Positions 36,018 through 39,258 of a stretch of DNA of 39,258 nucleotides are shown here, in pieces (positions within the stretch are counted from its first letter, which is position 1; each line of letters begins with the position of its first letter). Under the pieces are notes generated by a model. The model saw only the letters and a list, made by a program, of their open reading frames with translations, was not told where the DNA came from and ran no database searches. This DNA comes from a virus: IMG/VR virus record IMGVR_UViG_3300045988_163958, positions 1 to 39,258 of that record. One strand, written 5' to 3'. Made by a program: the position numbers and the translations under genes.

Positions 36018-36495
36018 AGCCTACCTCCTTAAATCCTTTGCTTTTTAATAGTTCATACATTTTCTTATCAATAATTTTCCAACTTCCATCTTCCGTTATA
36101 ACTTCTCTAGTTATAAGAGATAAAATAGTGTTTTGGTTAGTTGTTACTACCTGGTCTAAATGTCCGCCCTTTCTCTCTTCGTTATACATAATAAATGCTG
36201 TTGCCGAAAATTCAGGTTGCTTATATACAGGTGTAAAAATCACTTGCTGTGGAATATCTTCTCCCCATTCTATACTTCCATACTTTCCATTCTCTGGAAT
36301 TATAAAGGTATCCTTTCCACACTTACTACATTTAAAATGAAAGCCTATAGGAATTTTAGGTTTCCATTCATAACTATAACCATTTAAAATTGGATTCTGC
36401 TTGTTTTGTGGGTTCATATAGTCCACAGAATTAAAAATCATTTCGTTAATGTTATCATTTCCACAATGTGGACAAGCCATTTTTTCAATATTCAT
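35845..36495 (-). CDS. Zinc-ribbon-containing protein (216 aa as an open frame). Its last 57 codons overlap the Met/Gln-rich gene out of frame.
   Basis: RBS GAGGTGAG. The zinc-ribbon motifs are CPHCG...CSKCG. The C-terminal tail is low complexity. Confidence 0.45.
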   Translation of the reverse strand: MNIEKMACPHCGNDNINEMIFNSVDYMNPQNKQNPILNGYSYEWKPKIPIGFHFKCSKCGKDTFIIPENGKYGSIEWGEDIPQQVIFTPVYKQPEFSATAFIMYNEERKGGHLDQVVTTNQNTILSLITREVITEDGSWKIIDKKMYELLKSKGFKEVGYESNDDDVTKSIRATSSTDDATMAANDTAAATGNDAKGAANDARAEKQHFTAKGNRP

Positions 36496-36822
36496 TTTTT
36501 CTCACCTCAAAGATTTATTTCTGCCATTTTTTCACCTTTGACTTTGATAACTATATTTTATCTTTTATAGCAAAATAAATCTAAAAATATACCTAGATAA
36601 TACCTTATAATATATTTATTTGGTTGTAAAAAATCAACTTTTTATTGACAGAGTAATATAAATGTGTTACCATTAATTAGAAGCACAAACCCATTGGGTT
36701 ACGTTTAATAAGGTTTTAAAAGCTCTGATGATATAAGCACTCACTTGTTGGGTGCTTGTTTCATATATATCAAGAGGTCAGAGCCTTGGTATATAGCAGA
36801 CCTTATTAAATGGAGGTGCTGA

Positions 36823-36906
36823 ATGGATTTTCTAAGAGAATTAGCCTTGCAGGTGCTTGCCGGTATACTAGCTAGTATCATCTGCAAATGGTTAGATAGG
36901 AAATAG
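36823..36906 (+). CDS. 27-aa Ldr/Fst-family type I toxin-like peptide.
   Basis: RBS GGAGGTG. The sequence is MDFLRELALQVLAGILASIICKWLDRK. The tract AGILAS-I...W..RK recalls E. coli LdrD, recalled from memory as ...APVIAGILASMIVNWLNKRK. A 140-nt GC-rich leader precedes the gene and a terminator follows it. Confidence 0.45.
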   Translation: MDFLRELALQVLAGILASIICKWLDRK

Positions 36907-36920
36907 CATCACACCTCGCC

Positions 36921-36946
36921 CAATGGGGCTTTTTTATTTTATAGGT
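36921..36946 (+). terminator. Intrinsic terminator after the toxin-like ORF.
   Basis: GCCC-AATG-GGGC is followed by TTTTTTATTTT. Confidence 0.45.
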
Positions 36947-36950
36947 ATCA

Positions 36951-36975
36951 AAAAAGAGGGATTTAATCCCTCTTT
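36951..36975 (-). terminator. Intrinsic terminator after the RHH gene.
   Basis: AAAAGAGGGATTTAATCCCTCTTTT has a 10-bp stem. The minus strand reads T6 after it. Confidence 0.55.
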
Positions 36976-36976
36976 T

Positions 36977-37201
36977 CTATTTTTCTATGCTTTTTGATAT
37001 AGAGTTTAAAACTTCTACTGCCTGTTCTAATACTCCTTTTTTCCCATTTTTATATTCATCTAAATATCTTCTTAATGCTTCGTTTATTATATAAGTTTGT
37101 GTTAATCCAAAGCTTTCTGAAGTATCTTTTAATCTTTCTAATTCTTCGGCTATTTCTTTGGTAGTATTGAAGCTAATTTTTATATATTCTTTTTGTTTCA
37201 T
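36977..37201 (-). CDS. Ribbon-helix-helix (CopG/Arc-like) DNA-binding protein.
   Basis: The beta strand is KISFNTT and the helices are KEIAEELERL and TQTYIINEALRRYL. Confidence 0.5.
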   Translation of the reverse strand: MKQKEYIKISFNTTKEIAEELERLKDTSESFGLTQTYIINEALRRYLDEYKNGKKGVLEQAVEVLNSISKSIEK

Positions 37202-37218
37202 CAGCTCCCTCCTGGAGT

Positions 37219-37518
37219 TTATTTATTTTCTATTATTTTATCTAGCTTTGTTTCTATTCTATCCAGTTTTTTTGCTTGTTCTTCTGTTATTCTGTTAAAC
37301 TCTATTCTTGTAACATAGTAATTACTTAAATTTTCTCTACTTTTTTCTAATTTATCTATCACTTCCCTATGATTTACTATCTTTAATTTTATTATTTCTA
37401 TTTCTGTATTTACTATCTTTTGTTCCTTTCCTAATCCTATTATATAGGACCAAGTAAAACCTAGAGTTAAACTCAAAATAATAGATATCATATTTTCTTT
37501 TATTTTCTTCAAAGTCAT
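37219..37518 (-). CDS. Membrane protein with an N-terminal TM helix and a coiled coil (i-spanin-like or holin-like).
   Basis: The TM segment is ISIILSLTLGFTWSYIIGLG. A charged coiled coil follows. The gene sits in the lysis cassette. Confidence 0.4.
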   Translation of the reverse strand: MTLKKIKENMISIILSLTLGFTWSYIIGLGKEQKIVNTEIEIIKLKIVNHREVIDKLEKSRENLSNYYVTRIEFNRITEEQAKKLDRIETKLDKIIENK

Positions 37519-37563
37519 TCGGTCTCCTTACTGGGAATGGCAGTATCCCAGATTGTTGTTATA

Positions 37564-38052
37564 TTATAGTTTTATTCCTGCTTTTATTCCTCCAACTATA
37601 TTATTGTTACCTTTTAAATCTGTTCTTCCTTCTAAGTATCCTTCTACATATCCCTTACTATTTATATCTTGCTCCATTTTCTTTGTAACTCTTAATACAT
37701 CTTGTTGTGCTCCGTTAGTAACTGTTTCAAGAACTTTATTTACAACTGTTAGCTGTTTTTCTTTGCTGCTTTTAAATGTTTCTTGTAGCCCTTCTAGGAC
37801 ATCTTCAATTAAATTTATAATAAAAATTTCTGATATCAGCCAAGAAATATACCATGGAATATTCTTTTTTAATTCTCTTATAGCAAATTGTAATTTTTCT
37901 TTACCTTGTCCAGAGATAAAGTTCTCTTCTGCTTGTACTACAATATAATAAGCTGCTGTTCTAAGCGTTTCTTTTTTGTATTTATAAAGTAAAATAGTAA
38001 TTATTATAATGGCTAAAATTGCAATAAAAACAAATATAGTTTCTCTGTTCAT
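37564..38052 (-). CDS. Putative holin / lysis membrane protein (two hydrophobic segments).
   Basis: The hydrophobic segments are FVFIAILAIIIITILLY and WYISWLISEIFIINLI. The gene is directly downstream of the lysozyme. Confidence 0.4.
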   Translation of the reverse strand: MNRETIFVFIAILAIIIITILLYKYKKETLRTAAYYIVVQAEENFISGQGKEKLQFAIRELKKNIPWYISWLISEIFIINLIEDVLEGLQETFKSSKEKQLTVVNKVLETVTNGAQQDVLRVTKKMEQDINSKGYVEGYLEGRTDLKGNNNIVGGIKAGIKL

Positions 38053-38490
38053 TTAACACTCTCCCTTATAAAGTTCAATTTCTCTTTCTCTTCTTGCTTT
38101 TAAAACTGTTAGTATTTTCCCACCACCTCTATTCCATCTTCTAAACTGTTCTTCTATTTCTCCTATAGGAGCAGAAACATTTATTTTTTTTAATAGAGTA
38201 CTTGTTTCAAATGCTTTAGTTCCTACATTAAAAGCAAAACTAACAAGTGCATCATATTCATTTTGTGTTAGATTTACTTTTACACTTCTATTAACAGAAT
38301 TTTCAAATCTTATAAGATCATTTTTTAAAAATTCTCTCGATTGTTCTTTAGTTATTTTCATTCTAGGCTTAACATCTTTTCCTGTATGTCCTACTCCTAT
38401 TGTTAAAACTCCAGCAGGACATATATATGTTGTCAAAACTTCCCCTTCTTCCTTTATAATAAATTCAATCCCTTTTTCACTTATTTTCAT
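38053..38490 (-). CDS. GH24-family phage lysozyme (endolysin) with no cell-wall-binding domain.
   Basis: GH24 motifs are present: EGEVLTTYICPAGVLTIGVGHTG and NEYDALVSFAFNVG. Confidence 0.8.
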   Translation of the reverse strand: MKISEKGIEFIIKEEGEVLTTYICPAGVLTIGVGHTGKDVKPRMKITKEQSREFLKNDLIRFENSVNRSVKVNLTQNEYDALVSFAFNVGTKAFETSTLLKKINVSAPIGEIEEQFRRWNRGGGKILTVLKARREREIELYKGEC

Positions 38491-38535
38491 TTATTATCTC
38501 CTTTAAAAATTATTTTTACAGCTGAATAATTTTGA

Positions 38536-39054
38536 TTATAACAGCTCTATTTTTTCTTGTAGATTATTTATATCACCTTCTAAAACTGTAATTTTTTCTA
38601 TTATTATTTTTATTTCATCTTCAGAAGAAAATTTACTTACTTCAAGTATTTTTTTTTCTTCTTCCAGCTTTTCATATTCAAGTATTTTATTTTTTCTTTC
38701 TTCTATTAATTCTTCTCTTGTAGCTCCTTCTTCCCAATAATTATTTTTCCAAATTGGTTTTATTATCATGTTTGGTATTTCTATTTTTTTAATTTTACCT
38801 TCTTCAAAAATTTCTCCTGCCATTAATTCTCTATAACCTCTTATATATTTTTCTTCTTCTGTTGCTATTCTTGCTGTATCCTTTTCTTTTACATATTCCA
38901 TATAATAACTTGGTTCTCCGAGAAAAGCTATACAATCAGGATTATTTTTTTTATACATTTCTATTTCTTCTTCATTTTCAGTGTTTATAGTCATTCTTAT
39001 AACAGCTATACCATTTTTTATAAGTTCTTCTTTTAATAACAAATTAATCGTCAT
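38536..39054 (-). CDS. Hypothetical protein downstream of the tail fibre (fibre assembly or XkdW-like position).
   Basis: RBS AAAGGAGG. 172 aa. Confidence 0.3.
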   Translation of the reverse strand: MTINLLLKEELIKNGIAVIRMTINTENEEEIEMYKKNNPDCIAFLGEPSYYMEYVKEKDTARIATEEEKYIRGYRELMAGEIFEEGKIKKIEIPNMIIKPIWKNNYWEEGATREELIEERKNKILEYEKLEEEKKILEVSKFSSEDEIKIIIEKITVLEGDINNLQEKIELL

Positions 39055-39067
39055 TTTTCCTCCTTTT

Positions 39068-39258
39068 TATCTAATTCTTTTCCACTTGTTAACTAAAATA
39101 GCCAATGGTTCTATATTTAAAGCCACTCCATCTCCTAGCGGATATGTTACTGGACTTACTTGTATAGAACTTCCTTTTATGGCATAATTAGACCAACCGG
39201 CTGAACTAGCATTACTATTCATAGCTACGCAGCTCTTACCTTCTAAAGAACTACCTTG
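39068..39258 (-). CDS. Tail fibre protein, 3' (C-terminal) portion of the junction-spanning gene. The stop is at 39068-39070.
   Basis: The frame continues from 1-788 through the 55-bp overlap. The C-terminus reads ...VALNIEPLAILVNKWKRIR. Confidence 0.5.

Noticed and set aside
38981-39187. Plus-strand 68-aa ORF at the window end.
   Set aside because: It is antisense to the tail-fibre 3' portion and the downstream gene start, and is low-complexity.
1-39258. Diversity-generating retroelement (DGR) targeting the tail fibre.
   Set aside because: No reverse transcriptase ORF is present, and there is no template/variable repeat pair near the fibre gene.

Overview
This window is a complete, circularly closed temperate phage genome of low GC. 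The first 55 bp are identical to the last 55 bp, giving a unique length of about 39,203 bp. The arbitrary contig breakpoint falls inside the tail-fibre gene. Gene order is modular.

On the minus strand from about 23.6 kb down to 0.8 kb, and wrapping through the junction, lies a replication module followed by a morphogenesis operon:
- a replication initiator with internal iterons;
- a DnaC-like helicase loader;
- small proteins, a VRR-NUC nuclease and two antirepressor-like genes flanking a tRNA-like element;
- TerS and a PBSX-family TerL;
- portal, an SPP1 gp7/Mu F-like minor head protein, scaffold, capsid and four head-tail joining proteins;
- a PBSX/Xkd-type contractile tail: sheath, tube, chaperone, tape measure, the XkdP-Q-R-S-T(baseplate J)-U series, and an XkdV-like fibre spanning the junction;
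- a lysis cassette with a GH24 lysozyme lacking a wall-binding domain and holin/spanin-like membrane proteins, which suggests a diderm (Gram-negative-type) low-GC host.

The plus strand from 25.9 to 32.7 kb carries the early/lysogeny region:
- a cI-like XRE repressor sits between two inverted copies of a promoter-operator element, a lambda-like PL/PR layout;
- many small genes, a Rha antirepressor, a Rad52/Sak-like SSAP, a pentapeptide-repeat protein and an HNH-like protein;
- Xis and a tyrosine integrase, followed by an AT-rich candidate attP.

The most unusual content is as follows.
1. An accessory island at 33.2-36.5 kb (minus strand) holds compositionally extreme small proteins: a Gly-rich membrane protein, a Met/Gln-rich protein, a Cys/Thr-rich protein and a His-rich protein. 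Each has its own terminator. Two near-identical promoters in the island each carry a 16-bp palindromic operator.
2. A 27-aa ORF at 36823-36906 strikingly resembles Ldr/Fst-family type I toxins. It has a long structured leader and an intrinsic terminator.
3. A second Gly-zipper micropeptide lies at 23879-23962.
4. A pentapeptide-repeat protein, a possible DNA mimic, sits beside the SSAP.
5. A roughly 2.3-kb moron cassette (secreted protein, Bro-N protein, small genes) is bounded by a perfect 23-bp inverted repeat and inserted between the tail chaperone and tape-measure genes.

All functional calls rest on motif recognition by eye and on gene order. No database searches were run.
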